A DNA stretch of 64,000 nt from Deltaproteobacteria bacterium (GTDB lineage Bacteria; Myxococcota; Kuafuiibacteriia; Kuafuiibacteriales; Kuafuiibacteriaceae): the NCBI GenBank assembly GCA_040218735.1, contig JAVJQW010000041.1:320001-384000 (forward strand), read 5' to 3'. The notes under the pieces are model-generated. The model saw only the letters and a list, made by a program, of their open reading frames with translations, was not told the origin of the DNA and made no database searches. The position numbers were made by a program, and so were the translations under genes. Shown in pieces: positions 28,626 through 38,600 of the stretch (within the stretch, counting starts at the first letter, position 1; the number at the start of each line of letters is the position of its first letter).

Positions 28626-29836
28626 CGAGTGTTTCCTTCGTCGTAAGCGCCGGTGAGAAACGCGACGTCGGCTTCCGCGCGTCGCACATCCAATGCCCGT
28701 TCGGTGGCCCGCAACCGAGCGTCCAGTGCGCTCCGTTCGGCGTCGAGGAGCGTGAGGAGCCCGACGCCACCGAGGCCGTAACCCTTGCGCGCGATCTCGA
28801 CGAGCGATTCGCCACGCTTCGCATTCTCCGACTGCTTCGCGAGTCGATCTCGGCTGACCTCGAGGCGACGGCGTGCTTCGGCGAGTGATGCCTCCGCTAC
28901 GGCGAGCAGTCGTTGCCGCTCGAGTTCGAGCCTGCTCGCGGTGGCCTCTTCGGTCGCGGATGCGCCTTGCCCTCGGTCGAAGAGGGGCAGCGGCACTTGG
29001 ACCCCGACGTAGTAGCCGGTGAAGCCGGGCAGGCCCTCGCCGCCCTGATGAAGGACGCCCGCACCGATCGTCGGATCCGGGATCGCGCGTCGCCTCCCGG
29101 CGCTGGCGCGGCTGCGTGCTGCTTTCACCTGGAGCTCGAGGGCCTGCAGCCGAGAGGCGAGGGGGGAGCCGTCGTGACTCGCCTTCGGCGCGGCAGGGAC
29201 GAGCGCTCCGTCGAGCGCTTCGACCGCCGCGCCGGAGAGCTTCTGCATCTCGGCCTTGGCGCTCGCGAGATCGAGCAGAGCCCCCGCCGCCCGATCCTCG
29301 ATCGTGGTCGCTTCCATCTCGAGCCGGAGCGCGTCGTAGCCCGAGGTCTCCCCGGCCGCCGCGCGTGTCTCCAGGATCTCGGAGACGTCGGCAAAACGGC
29401 TGCGAGTCTCCTCGATGACGGCCCGGCGCTGCTCGGCCGCGACGGCTCGGTAGAAAAGGACCATCGCCTGGCGTCGAAGGTCCGCGCGGCGGCTCACGGA
29501 GAGGAGGCGCGCGCTCTTCACGCCGTCCTCCGCCGCGCTCGACTCCGCGAACGTGCGTCCCGACAGCACCAGCGGAACGGAGAGCCAGACGATGTCCTCC
29601 GTGGACTGGGCGACGCCCGAACCCGGGAGCGACTGCCGATTCCAGCTCACGGACGGATTGCGCCACAGGCCGGCCCCGCGTGATCGCGCCTCGGCGAGGT
29701 CGACCTCCTGAGCGATCACTTCGGCGGCGGGGCCGTCGAGCACCTGACGCACGTAGCGCTCAGCCGTGAGCTTCTCGCTACTAAGCGCGGTAGTAGATAG
29801 GAGCAAGGAGCAGCCGATGAGGACGAGTGTTCGCAT
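28622..29836 (-). CDS. TolC/CzcC-family outer-membrane efflux protein
   Basis: 'VPLPLFDRGQG', 'YGLGGVGLLTLLDAER'. Operonic with the adaptor and RND genes. Confidence 0.9.
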   Translation of the reverse strand: MRTLVLIGCSLLLSTTALSSEKLTAERYVRQVLDGPAAEVIAQEVDLAEARSRGAGLWRNPSVSWNRQSLPGSGVAQSTEDIVWLSVPLVLSGRTFAESSAAEDGVKSARLLSVSRRADLRRQAMVLFYRAVAAEQRRAVIEETRSRFADVSEILETRAAAGETSGYDALRLEMEATTIEDRAAGALLDLASAKAEMQKLSGAAVEALDGALVPAAPKASHDGSPLASRLQALELQVKAARSRASAGRRRAIPDPTIGAGVLHQGGEGLPGFTGYYVGVQVPLPLFDRGQGASATEEATASRLELERQRLLAVAEASLAEARRRLEVSRDRLAKQSENAKRGESLVEIARKGYGLGGVGLLTLLDAERSALDARLRATERALDVRRAEADVAFLTGAYDEGNTR

Positions 29837-29844
29837 GGGGTCGG

Positions 29845-30822
29845 TCAGATCAGGTGAAGGAGTGATTCGACGGCGTGGTGGATGGGGTGCGCGCCGAGGA
29901 GGATGAACATCGAGGCGAAAAGACACACGCTCGCGACGCCGAACAGTCCCACGGAGGGGCGATCGTCGGCGCCGTCGAGGAGCCGCGTCACGCGCCGTTC
30001 GATGTCGCCGCTCGTGATGCCGTGCTGGAGGAGATCGGGGCGCAGGACCTGGACGCGCGCGACGGCCAAGATGGCCTCGGCGACCAGGCGTGGGCTCCCG
30101 ACGATTCGTGCGGCTCGGCTATCCGCCGCCTCCTCGATCGCGACGCGGTGAGCGGCGATGACCGAGCGCATCACGTAGGGCGCGGACAAGATCGCGCTCG
30201 TACGCAGGAGGAGCGCCGCGAGGCCGTCCCACCGATCGTGATGAGCTTCTTCGTGCGCGAGCGCCGCCTTCAGCTCGCATTCCGAGATAGCGTGCGCCAG
30301 GCTGTCGGAGAGCAGCACGCGTCGACGATGGACGCCCACGGCATGGCAGAGTCGCGGCTCGCCGGGCAGGCGGACGATCGAGAAGCGACCATCACCTGAC
30401 TCCCTCCCCAGCGCTTCGAGCGCCGACAACGTCCGCTGCTGTGCGAACAGGGCGACGCCGAATCGGATCGCTTGGAGTGCGAGCACCGTCAGCGCGGCGA
30501 CGCCGAGGCCAATGCGCAGTGCCGGGATATCGAAATCATGGAGGAGGCAGAGATGGGCGTGGTGCAGATGCGTCCCGCAGTGGTCGTGGTGAAGGTCGAA
30601 AAGCGCGAGCAAGGATGGACCGGCGGCGGCCGTCGTCACCGCGATCGCACACATCGCCGGGAGGAGCGCGGCGACGAAGAAGAGGTCCGAACGTCGCGAA
30701 GGCGCGAAGCGATCGGTCCATCGCCGCGTGACGCGTTCGATCAGCGCGACACCGATCGAGACGCCCATTCCGACGATGGTCGCGATGAGAACGCACTCGA
30801 CGAAGAACTGGAGTGCCCTCAC
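29845..30822 (-). CDS. Peptidase M56 (BlaR1/MecR1-like) lacking the penicillin-binding domain
   Basis: 'ALAHEEAHH..WD', 'EEAADSRA', TM helices, and a His/Cys loop HHDHCGTHLHHAHLCLLH. Confidence 0.85.
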   Translation of the reverse strand: MRALQFFVECVLIATIVGMGVSIGVALIERVTRRWTDRFAPSRRSDLFFVAALLPAMCAIAVTTAAAGPSLLALFDLHHDHCGTHLHHAHLCLLHDFDIPALRIGLGVAALTVLALQAIRFGVALFAQQRTLSALEALGRESGDGRFSIVRLPGEPRLCHAVGVHRRRVLLSDSLAHAISECELKAALAHEEAHHDRWDGLAALLLRTSAILSAPYVMRSVIAAHRVAIEEAADSRAARIVGSPRLVAEAILAVARVQVLRPDLLQHGITSGDIERRVTRLLDGADDRPSVGLFGVASVCLFASMFILLGAHPIHHAVESLLHLI

Positions 30823-31196
30823 TTCTCATCCCTCCGCGCCTCGACCAACTCGGCGAGGCGTTCGAGGAGCTCGGCGTCCTTCGCTGTCGCATCGACGAAT
30901 GCTGCGAGACCGACTTCCCCGTGGGACGCCACGATCTCGGACGCGAGTTGATCCGCGAGATTTCGCTCGAAGTCGTCACGGCCCAGTTTCGCCGCGTACA
31001 GCCAGGCGAGTCCGTCTTTCGTGCGCGACAGGAGGCCCTTCCGGTGGAGCCGATCCATCGTGGTCATGATGGTCGTGTAGGCCCGCCGCCGTCCGCGTTG
31101 CGCCTCGGTAACGTCGCGTGCCGTCACCGAGCCCTTGCGCCAGACGACGTCCATCACCCACGCTTCGAGGACGCCGAGTGGTTCGAGCCTCGCCAC
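30819..31196 (-). CDS. BlaI/MecI/CopY-family repressor
   Basis: 'LGVLEAWVMDVVW', 'AYTTIMTTMDRLHRKGLLSR'. Confidence 0.92.
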   Translation of the reverse strand: MARLEPLGVLEAWVMDVVWRKGSVTARDVTEAQRGRRRAYTTIMTTMDRLHRKGLLSRTKDGLAWLYAAKLGRDDFERNLADQLASEIVASHGEVGLAAFVDATAKDAELLERLAELVEARRDEK

Positions 31197-31221
31197 GCGG
31201 CGGACCTTCGAATGCGCGCTC

Positions 31222-31238
31222 TACTACTGTCAATCGTA
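31222..31238. promoter_or_regulatory. Putative BlaI-type operator TACTAC-N5-ATCGTA
   Basis: Imperfect palindrome 25 nt upstream of the repressor start. One mismatch to the mycobacterial BlaI consensus TAC(G/T)AC-N5-GT(A/C)GTA. Confidence 0.55.
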
Positions 31239-31388
31239 GAAGAGACCGCTACCCGAGTTAGGTAGCGGTTAGGTAGCGGTCTTGGTAGTCCAACACCCTG
31301 GAATCCTTCGCGGTCGACGTGCGAGAGCCATCGGCGACGTCGCCGAGGGTGTCGCCAGAATCCGGCGACACCCGGCCCAAAACGATGA

Positions 31389-31421
31389 CGGCCGATCGGA
31401 GCTGCTCGCTCCAACCGGCCG
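31389..31421 (-). terminator. Hairpin downstream of tRNA-Val (island-supplied terminator)
   Basis: CGGCCGATCGGAGC-TGCTC-GCTCCAACCGGCCG, similar in sequence to the hairpin at 20500. Confidence 0.45.
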
Positions 31422-31441
31422 ACATCCTTCGAGTTTTCGAG

Positions 31442-31513
31442 TGGGCGCAAGTGGCTTTGAACCACTGACCTCTACCGTGTCAAGGTAGCGCTCTACCCCT
31501 GAGCTATGCGCCC
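31442..31513 (-). tRNA. tRNA-Val (GAC)
   Basis: GGGCGCATAGCTCAGGGGTAGAGCGCTACCTTGACACGGTAGAGGTCAGTGGTTCAAAGCCACTTGCGCCCA folds as a cloverleaf with anticodon GAC. CCA is not encoded. Confidence 0.96.
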
Positions 31514-31569
31514 TTTCCCAAACGGGAGCGCAGGTCTACCGATCCCCCATCCGCGCGTCAAGCCCAAGA

Positions 31570-33837
31570 TCACCCCTCCAGCTTGAACTGGTAGATGGCG
31601 ACTTCGTTGGGCTCGACCTTGATCTGGACCGTGCGGGTCTTCGAGCCGTCGAGGCTCACCGCGCGGATCTTGATGCAGCCGGCGGGGAGCTGGACGCGGG
31701 CGATGGGCGTCTGGCCGAGCTTGCGCTTGCCCCAGTAGACCTCGGCGTAGGGCGTCGTGTTGATCGTCGCGTAGCCCGGGCTCAGGTTCGAGTTGACCAC
31801 GCAGCCGCCCGAACCCGACGGCGGGGGCGGCGGCGGCGGGTTGCGACGCGTCGTGCCTCCACCACCCGGCGGCGGTGGGGGCGGCGGCGGACGCCGGGTG
31901 CGCTTGCGGCAACGGATCGTCGTCTCCACCGTTTCGTTCGGCTTCACCGTCACTCGCACCGGATCCGCCGAGCACGTGTGGCGCGGCAGCTCCGCCGAGA
32001 TCAACACGTCCTCGTGACCGGGGAGCTGCTTCTCGATGCGCGGGCCGAGGCCCATGTCCTTGCCGTTGAACATCACGCGCACGTTCGTGCGGTCGTCGCC
32101 CGTCACGTTCGCGATCAACTTGCCCGGGAACGCCTCGAGCTCCGGACGGACCGTCTTGCTGTCCGTCGGTTCGCCCATCTCGATCGTCTCCTCGTACGGC
32201 TTGTACCCCTCCTTCGACAGGCGGATCCGGTACGTCACCCCATACTGAAGACTGTGCAGGTCACTCGGCGTCTTCGCGTTCTCGCCGTTGGGCAGACGCA
32301 TCGGCTTGCCGTCCAAGTAGATCGTCGCGCCCACCGGCACCGACTCCAACGTCAGGCTGCCCGTCTGCTGCGGACCGCGCGTGATCGGCGGCGGCGCCGG
32401 CATCGTCTGCGTCTGCGGCGTCAGCTGCTGGTACAGGATGAACGACGCCACCAAGATCACGATCAACGCACCCGCGATCACCACGCGCGCGACCCAACCG
32501 CCGCCCTGATCGGGCTGGACCTGCGAGTACGTCCCGGGCGGGTACGGATACTGCCCGGAGTACTGCATCCCCATCTGCGAGGGCGTCGCCCCCGGGTGGT
32601 AACCGGGCGGCGTCATCCCCGGGTGCATCATCCCCGACTGGCTCGCCATCCCCGGCGGGATCGAGCCCGAGCCCGTCGCGCCCGGGAAGGGCTGCTGACC
32701 CGTCGCCGTCATCGGGCGCATCGCGCTCGGCGACATGCCCTGGACCACCCGCCGGTTGCCCGTCGCGCCGAGCGCGCGGTTGCCGACCGCCTGCTCCGTC
32801 GCCTCCTCGTCGCCGAACGACGCCTCGAAGTCGTCGCGCGACGCGATCTCCCGCAGGCGCCGCTTCTCCTCGATCTTGTCCGAGAAGAGCTCGCGCATGT
32901 ACGACGCGACGTCCGCGTTCGCCGCCTGGTGCCCCTCGTCGCGGAGGTACTCCTCCAGCGCGATCTGCATCTCCTGGGCGGTCGCGAAGCGCGAGGAGAC
33001 GTCCTTCTCCAGCGCCCGCATGATGATGTCCTCGAGGCCCGACGAGATCCCCGGGGCGACCTGCGAAGGCGGAACGACGCTCCGCTTCGTGATCATCTCC
33101 AGGATCATCAGCTCCGATTCGTGCTTGAAGAGCCGCTTTCCGGTGCACAGCTCGTACAGGAGGATCCCCAGCGCGAAGATGTCGGAGCGCATGTCGACGT
33201 GCGCGCCTAGACACTGCTCGGGGCTCATGTAACTAAACTTGCCCTTGAGCATGCCCGTCTTCGTGGTCTCGCTCTTGGTCGCCGCCTTCGCGATGCCGAA
33301 GTCGACGACCTTCACCTCGCCCTCGTACGTCACGAGGATGTTCTGCGGAGAGATGTCCCGGTGAACGATTTCGAGCGCCTGACCGTCCGAACCCTTGAGA
33401 TGATGCGCGTAGTGCAACGCCTTACAGCCATCCGCGATGACCCGCGCCGCGAACGACGGCGGGAACGGCTTGCCGCGCTTCATGCCGCGCCAGGCGATCG
33501 CCGCGAGGTTCTCGCCGGCGATGAACTCCATCGCGATGTAGTAGGAGTCGCCTTCCCGACCGAGGTCGTAGATCTGGACGACGTTCGGGTGGTTGAGCTG
33601 GGCCGACGTCCTCGCCTCGTCGAGGAACATCTTCACGAAGGTGTCCTGCTCCGAGAGGTGGCTCAGGATCTTCTTGATGACGACGAAGCGGTTGAAGCCC
33701 GCGAGCCCGCGCTGACGCGCAAGCCAGATCTCCGCCATACCACCGGTCGCCAGCTTCTTGACCAGGGTGTAGCGGCCGAACCGACGCACCGGCCCGATCG
33801 CCGGGCCGCCTCGGGGATCTTGACGAGGACTGACCAA
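31570..33837 (-). CDS. Membrane Ser/Thr protein kinase with PEGA-like extracytoplasmic domains
   Basis: LATGGMAEIW, VIKK, HRDISPQN, DFGIAK, YMSPEQ, then a TM helix, 'LESVPVGATIYLDG' and Pro-rich linkers. Confidence 0.93.
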   Translation of the reverse strand: MVSPRQDPRGGPAIGPVRRFGRYTLVKKLATGGMAEIWLARQRGLAGFNRFVVIKKILSHLSEQDTFVKMFLDEARTSAQLNHPNVVQIYDLGREGDSYYIAMEFIAGENLAAIAWRGMKRGKPFPPSFAARVIADGCKALHYAHHLKGSDGQALEIVHRDISPQNILVTYEGEVKVVDFGIAKAATKSETTKTGMLKGKFSYMSPEQCLGAHVDMRSDIFALGILLYELCTGKRLFKHESELMILEMITKRSVVPPSQVAPGISSGLEDIIMRALEKDVSSRFATAQEMQIALEEYLRDEGHQAANADVASYMRELFSDKIEEKRRLREIASRDDFEASFGDEEATEQAVGNRALGATGNRRVVQGMSPSAMRPMTATGQQPFPGATGSGSIPPGMASQSGMMHPGMTPPGYHPGATPSQMGMQYSGQYPYPPGTYSQVQPDQGGGWVARVVIAGALIVILVASFILYQQLTPQTQTMPAPPPITRGPQQTGSLTLESVPVGATIYLDGKPMRLPNGENAKTPSDLHSLQYGVTYRIRLSKEGYKPYEETIEMGEPTDSKTVRPELEAFPGKLIANVTGDDRTNVRVMFNGKDMGLGPRIEKQLPGHEDVLISAELPRHTCSADPVRVTVKPNETVETTIRCRKRTRRPPPPPPPPGGGGTTRRNPPPPPPPSGSGGCVVNSNLSPGYATINTTPYAEVYWGKRKLGQTPIARVQLPAGCIKIRAVSLDGSKTRTVQIKVEPNEVAIYQFKLEG

Positions 33838-33852
33838 CGCTGTTGGTCGAAC

Positions 33853-35148
33853 ATGCTAGCACAGGATTTTCGACGCCTGGCGACCCCCGAACGCGCGAAA
33901 TCGGTCGCGATCCTCGCCGCGCTCGGCCTCGTCCTGATGCCCGCGCTCGCCGACGCCAAGCCGAAGTACCCGGGCGATTTCACCTCCGACGCCAAGCTCG
34001 CCGCGCTCGAAAAGAAGGTCGGCGCGAAGGTCGTCCCCATCGAACGTCCCGAAGCGCTCGCCGGCACCAAGGCGAAGCTCGCCAAGGCTGCCTCGGGGCA
34101 GGGGCAGGTCCGCATCCTCCACCTCGGCGACTCCCATATCGCCTCCGACTACATCACCGGACGCATCCGCCATCGCCTCCAGAAGGCCTTCGGCGACGGC
34201 GGCCGCGGCTTCACCCACGTCGCGCAGCTGTGGGGCTACGGCGGCCGCCGCCTCACGAAGGCGAAGGGCTGGGCTTCGGATCGGATCGTGGACAAGGACC
34301 GCGCCGGACGCCCGTTCGGGTTCTCGGGGATGAGCCTCGAGTCCACGAAGAAGGGCGCCAAGCTGAAGTACCGCATCGAGTCCGACGAGACCGAGGTGCG
34401 CGTCTACTACTACCAGCAGCCCGGCGGCGGATCGCTCGCCGCCTCGGTCGGTGGCAAGGCGCTCGGGTCCGTGAGCACCGCGGGGGAGATCGCCTCCAAG
34501 GTCTGGACGATCGACCTGAGCGGCGCGCCGGCCAAGACCGTGAAGATGAAGGGCCCCGCGGGGGGACGAATCCTGGAGCTGGTCGCCGAAGCGCCGAAGG
34601 CTCGGGTCTTCGGGCTGTCGTTCGAGACCAAGAAGCCGGGCGTCGTCTACGAGTCGATCGGGCCGGTGGGCGCCGACGCGAAGGTCTACCTCGAGCTCGG
34701 GCGCGACAGCTTCGAGCAGCACCTGTCCGCGCACGCACCCGACGTCGTGGTCCTGATGGTCGGCGGCAACGACGCCCTCAAGATCCGCAAGAAGTGGACG
34801 GATCCGGCGCGCGTCGAGAAGGACCACCAGCAGCTGATCGACCTGCTGAAGAAGATCGTGCCCGGCGTTCAGATCATCCTCTGGGCCCCGATGGACGCCG
34901 GCGACAAGAAGGGCAAGAAGGTCGTCAGCAAGGGCTTTCTGACCGAGGTCCGCGCCATGCAGAAGCGCGTCGCGGGCGAAAAGCAGATCGCCTACTGGGA
35001 CACCCTCGACGCGATGGGCGGCCCCGGCGCCATCACGCGGTGGCACGCCGCGAAGGTCATGAACAAGGACCTCGTGCACCCGAAGAAGCGGGCCGCGGAC
35101 CTCCTCGGCGAGCTGTTCGCGGACGCTTTCACGCGTGCGATGAAGTGA
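33853..35148 (+). CDS. Exported SGNH/GDSL esterase (peptidoglycan O-acetyltransferase/esterase-like)
   Basis: 'ILHLGDSHIA', 'VGGNDA', 'DLVHP', and a signal-like leader. Confidence 0.82.
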   Translation: MLAQDFRRLATPERAKSVAILAALGLVLMPALADAKPKYPGDFTSDAKLAALEKKVGAKVVPIERPEALAGTKAKLAKAASGQGQVRILHLGDSHIASDYITGRIRHRLQKAFGDGGRGFTHVAQLWGYGGRRLTKAKGWASDRIVDKDRAGRPFGFSGMSLESTKKGAKLKYRIESDETEVRVYYYQQPGGGSLAASVGGKALGSVSTAGEIASKVWTIDLSGAPAKTVKMKGPAGGRILELVAEAPKARVFGLSFETKKPGVVYESIGPVGADAKVYLELGRDSFEQHLSAHAPDVVVLMVGGNDALKIRKKWTDPARVEKDHQQLIDLLKKIVPGVQIILWAPMDAGDKKGKKVVSKGFLTEVRAMQKRVAGEKQIAYWDTLDAMGGPGAITRWHAAKVMNKDLVHPKKRAADLLGELFADAFTRAMK

Positions 35149-35233
35149 CGCCCGAGTGAGGTGAATCCCGGCGGCAGGTAGGTCAGATTTGCGTTTACAC
35201 CCCTGCGACCGGCTGCCAGGATGCGCGCCGAAA

Positions 35234-35611
35234 ATGACCCGCACACGCACGTTCCTGGCCTCTCTCCTGCTCCTCGGCGGCGCACTGGCCTGCGGAGGCA
35301 CCACCCTGGAGGGCGTCGAGGACCTGCCCCGTACCAACTACCCCCGCGGCGTACCGTTCCGTATGACGGTCATGATGACCGCGTGCTCGGACGCCTGCTC
35401 GGAGTACGAGGAAGCGGATTGCAGCGTCGACGTGAATGAAGACGACAAGGAAATCTCGGTGAGCGCCTCGGTCTGCTTCGACCGGGTGATGGACGAGTGC
35501 CCCGAGATCTGTGGGCCGCGCATCAACGCCCACTGCGACATCCCGCCCCTCGACGGCGGCACCTACACTGTCACATCGGACAACTTCACTGCGACGATCG
35601 CCGTCGAGTGA
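35234..35611 (+). CDS. Small Cys-rich lipoprotein
   Basis: ALAC lipobox; CSDAC...C...C...CPEIC...C. Confidence 0.7.
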   Translation: MTRTRTFLASLLLLGGALACGGTTLEGVEDLPRTNYPRGVPFRMTVMMTACSDACSEYEEADCSVDVNEDDKEISVSASVCFDRVMDECPEICGPRINAHCDIPPLDGGTYTVTSDNFTATIAVE

Positions 35612-35644
35612 ACCTGCGCGCGTTCCTGCTAACCTAGCGCTCGA

Positions 35645-38600
35645 ATGCCCGCACCCGGCGGCGAGCTTGGTTCCGAGCGCCGCGTCGTCCGCGCCAACGC
35701 CGACGGCGGTATCTCGATCGTCCGGCGCTTTCGCGTCGGCGCGGACGCCGCAGATCGCGTCGAACGCCTCGAGTTCGTCGCCGCCCAACACCTCGTCGGC
35801 TTCGTGCCGATCGACAGCGTCGAGCTGAAGGGCGACCACCTGGAGGTCGTCGAGCGCGGCGTCCCCGGCTTCACGATCGCCGAGGCGCTCGTGCACGTGC
35901 AGGAGCACGTGACGGTCGCCGTCGCGCTGGCGCTCGTGCGCGACATCGCCCGCGCGCTCCTCACCTTGCACGCCCTCGGCGCCTCGGTGCGCTACGTCCA
36001 CGGTGACCTCGGTGCGCACACCATCCGCATCACGCCGCGCGGAGAGATTCGTGTCTCGGGGTTGGTCGGTGCGACCGGGGATCCGGCCGACGACGTCGCG
36101 GACCTGATGCAGCTGATGCGGATCGTCCTCGAGGGTCGTGCGCGCACGAAGGAGGGGGCGCTCCTCCTGGACCGACTCACCGCGCTGACCTTCACGAACG
36201 GGCACGACCTCGCGCACTCGATCGACGTGTACCTCGCGCGGCAGGACGCGGACTCCGTCGCGCGCAAGCGCCAGCGCTTCGCGACCGACATGCTCGCGCG
36301 CCTCTCCGAGGCGACGGGTGAACGCTTCGTCCCGCCCGGCGATCGCCAGGCGTCCGACACCCAGTGGGGCGCGCTGGGGCCGGAGATCGATTACTCGCGC
36401 TTCGACGACGACGAGTCGCTGCCGACGATGGGGGAGGCCGACCTCGCCGATCTCGAGGACGCGGAGTCGACGTCCACCGCGGTGGACGAGATCCCGGATC
36501 TGTCCGCGCCGCTGATGGAGACCGTCGAGGCCGCGCCGCTGCAGATCGATTTGAATCGCTCGCGCGCCGACTCGCTCGGGCGTGCGCTCGTCCCGCCGAG
36601 CGTCCTCGAAGAGATCGACGTCCCCACGAGTGAGCACGAGATCGACGAAGCGGTGCGCGTCGGGCTCCTCGGTCGTGCGTCGACCTCGCAGCTTCCGTCG
36701 GCGCCGCGGGTCGGCGACTACCAAGTGCTCGCGTCCATCGGGCGTGGCGGGATGGGAGAGATCTATCTCGCGCGCGGCAAGGGCGTGAAGGATCTGGTGG
36801 CGTTGAAGGTCCTGTCCGCCGCCGACGAGGACGACGAAGAAGCGCTCGACATGCTGCTCGACGAAGCGGCGATCATGGCGCGCATCCGTCACCCGAACGT
36901 GTTGCGCGTCGTCGACTTCGGGCGCGCGCAGGGCCGCTACTACCTCGCGACGGAGTACCTCGAGGGGCGCCCGCTCGTGCGGGTGATGATCGACGCGTAC
37001 AACCGGGAGAACAACCTCGACGACGCGGTGATCGCCGCGGTCGGCGCCGACGTCGCGAACGGATTGTTCGCCGCGCACACCGCGACCAACGAACAGGGCG
37101 AGCCGCTCGAGGTCGTGCACCGCGACGTCAGCCCGCAGAACATCTTCGTCACCTATCGCGGCGTCTCGAAGGTGATCGACTTCGGCGTCGCGAAGGCGAC
37201 GGAGCGGGTGTCGAAGACCGAGGTCGGCTTCGTGAAGGGCAAGGCGGCGTACATGTCGCCGGAGCAGGCGGAGGGGCGGTCGCTCGATGCGAAGAGCGAC
37301 GTGTTCTCGCTCGGCGTGTGTCTGTGGGAGATGCGCGCGGGGCAGCGTCTGTTCAAGCGCGACAACGAGTACGACACGCTGCTCGCCGTTCAGTCGGCGA
37401 CGATCCCGCCGCCGTCGTCGATGCGCGGGAAGCCGAACCCCGTCCTCGACCACATCATCCTCGGCGCGCTCGAGCGCAACCTCGACAAACGCACCGCGAG
37501 CGCGCAGCAGCTCGCGCGGCAGCTGATCGACTACGCGACGGGCGTGGGCGTCACGCATCGTTCGCAGGTGGTATCGGGGCTGCTCGAGCGGCTGTTCGGA
37601 TCCGTCGCGGCGCAGGAGCGCGCGCTGATCGTGCAGCTCGAAGAGGGCGGCGCGTCGCGCGAGGACGCGCAGGCGCTCGAGGCGCTCTCCGGCGTCTCGC
37701 ACCGGACGAACGTCAAACGCATCACGATGGTCGCGGAGCCGGAGAGCCTCTCGGAGCTCGACGACTTCGGCACCGAGCGCCCCGACGGCGAGAACACCGG
37801 CGAGCACGTGATGGAGCGTGTGCATCGCATCCAACTGGAACGGAGCGGCTCGCGCGAAGCGGCCGAGACCGATCCGCCGGACGAGCTCGATGAGCTCGAT
37901 GAGCTGGACGACTTCGAGGCGCTCGAGAGCGCGTCGCCCGAAGGCGACACCCGCGACAACGTCGCGATCTATCGGCAGGAGACACCGACCGAAGAACGCG
38001 GACGGCTCGACGCGGGGCCGACGCGTCGCCTCGACAGCGACATCTTCAACGGCCTCGGCCTGGAGGAGGCGTCGGGTGACTTCGTGCCCCTCGGCGGCGA
38101 CGAGGGCCCGACCTTCGACGGCGCCGATCGTGTCCCGGCCGTCGCCGCGGGGGCGAAGCCGCCGAAGCGAAGGAAGACGATCGTCTGGGCGCTGCTGTCG
38201 CTGTTGCTCATCCCGCTCTTCGCGCTCGTAGGGTGGGCCGGCGTTCGGTACTGGCCTCAGCTGCGCGACGGGGATCTCATGGGCGGCGACTTCGACCCGC
38301 TGGCGGGACGGACCGCGCCCGAGCCCCTGCGCGCCGCGACCGCGACCGTGACGACGAGCTCCGCGGCCGAGACCACGGAGCTCGCGCGCGTGGAGGCGTT
38401 CGAGGCGAGGGACGAGGCGCCGAGTGCGCCGGGTGGGGACGCGGATTCGGAGACGGGGGCGGAAACGGTCACGGACTCGGATCCGGACCCGGACACGGAT
38501 TCGGACGCGGACTCGGATTCGGACGCGGACTCGGATTCGGACGCGGACTCGGATTCGGACGCGGACTCGGATTCGGACTCGGATTCGGACTCGGATTCGG

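Larger units (their letters stand above)
20545..31486. mobile_element. Genomic island integrated in tRNA-Val(GAC) with metal-efflux cargo; no integrase seen
   Basis: Flanking 50-bp direct repeats, one inside the intact tRNA. GGCGACACCC 10-mers lie near both inner ends, and parts of the cargo are visibly less GC-rich. Confidence 0.85.

Noticed and set aside
20595-31436. Integrase or transposase inside the island
   Set aside because: All sizeable ORFs are accounted for as cargo and I saw no R-H-x-x-R-Y or DDE pattern. A tiny remnant cannot be excluded by eye.
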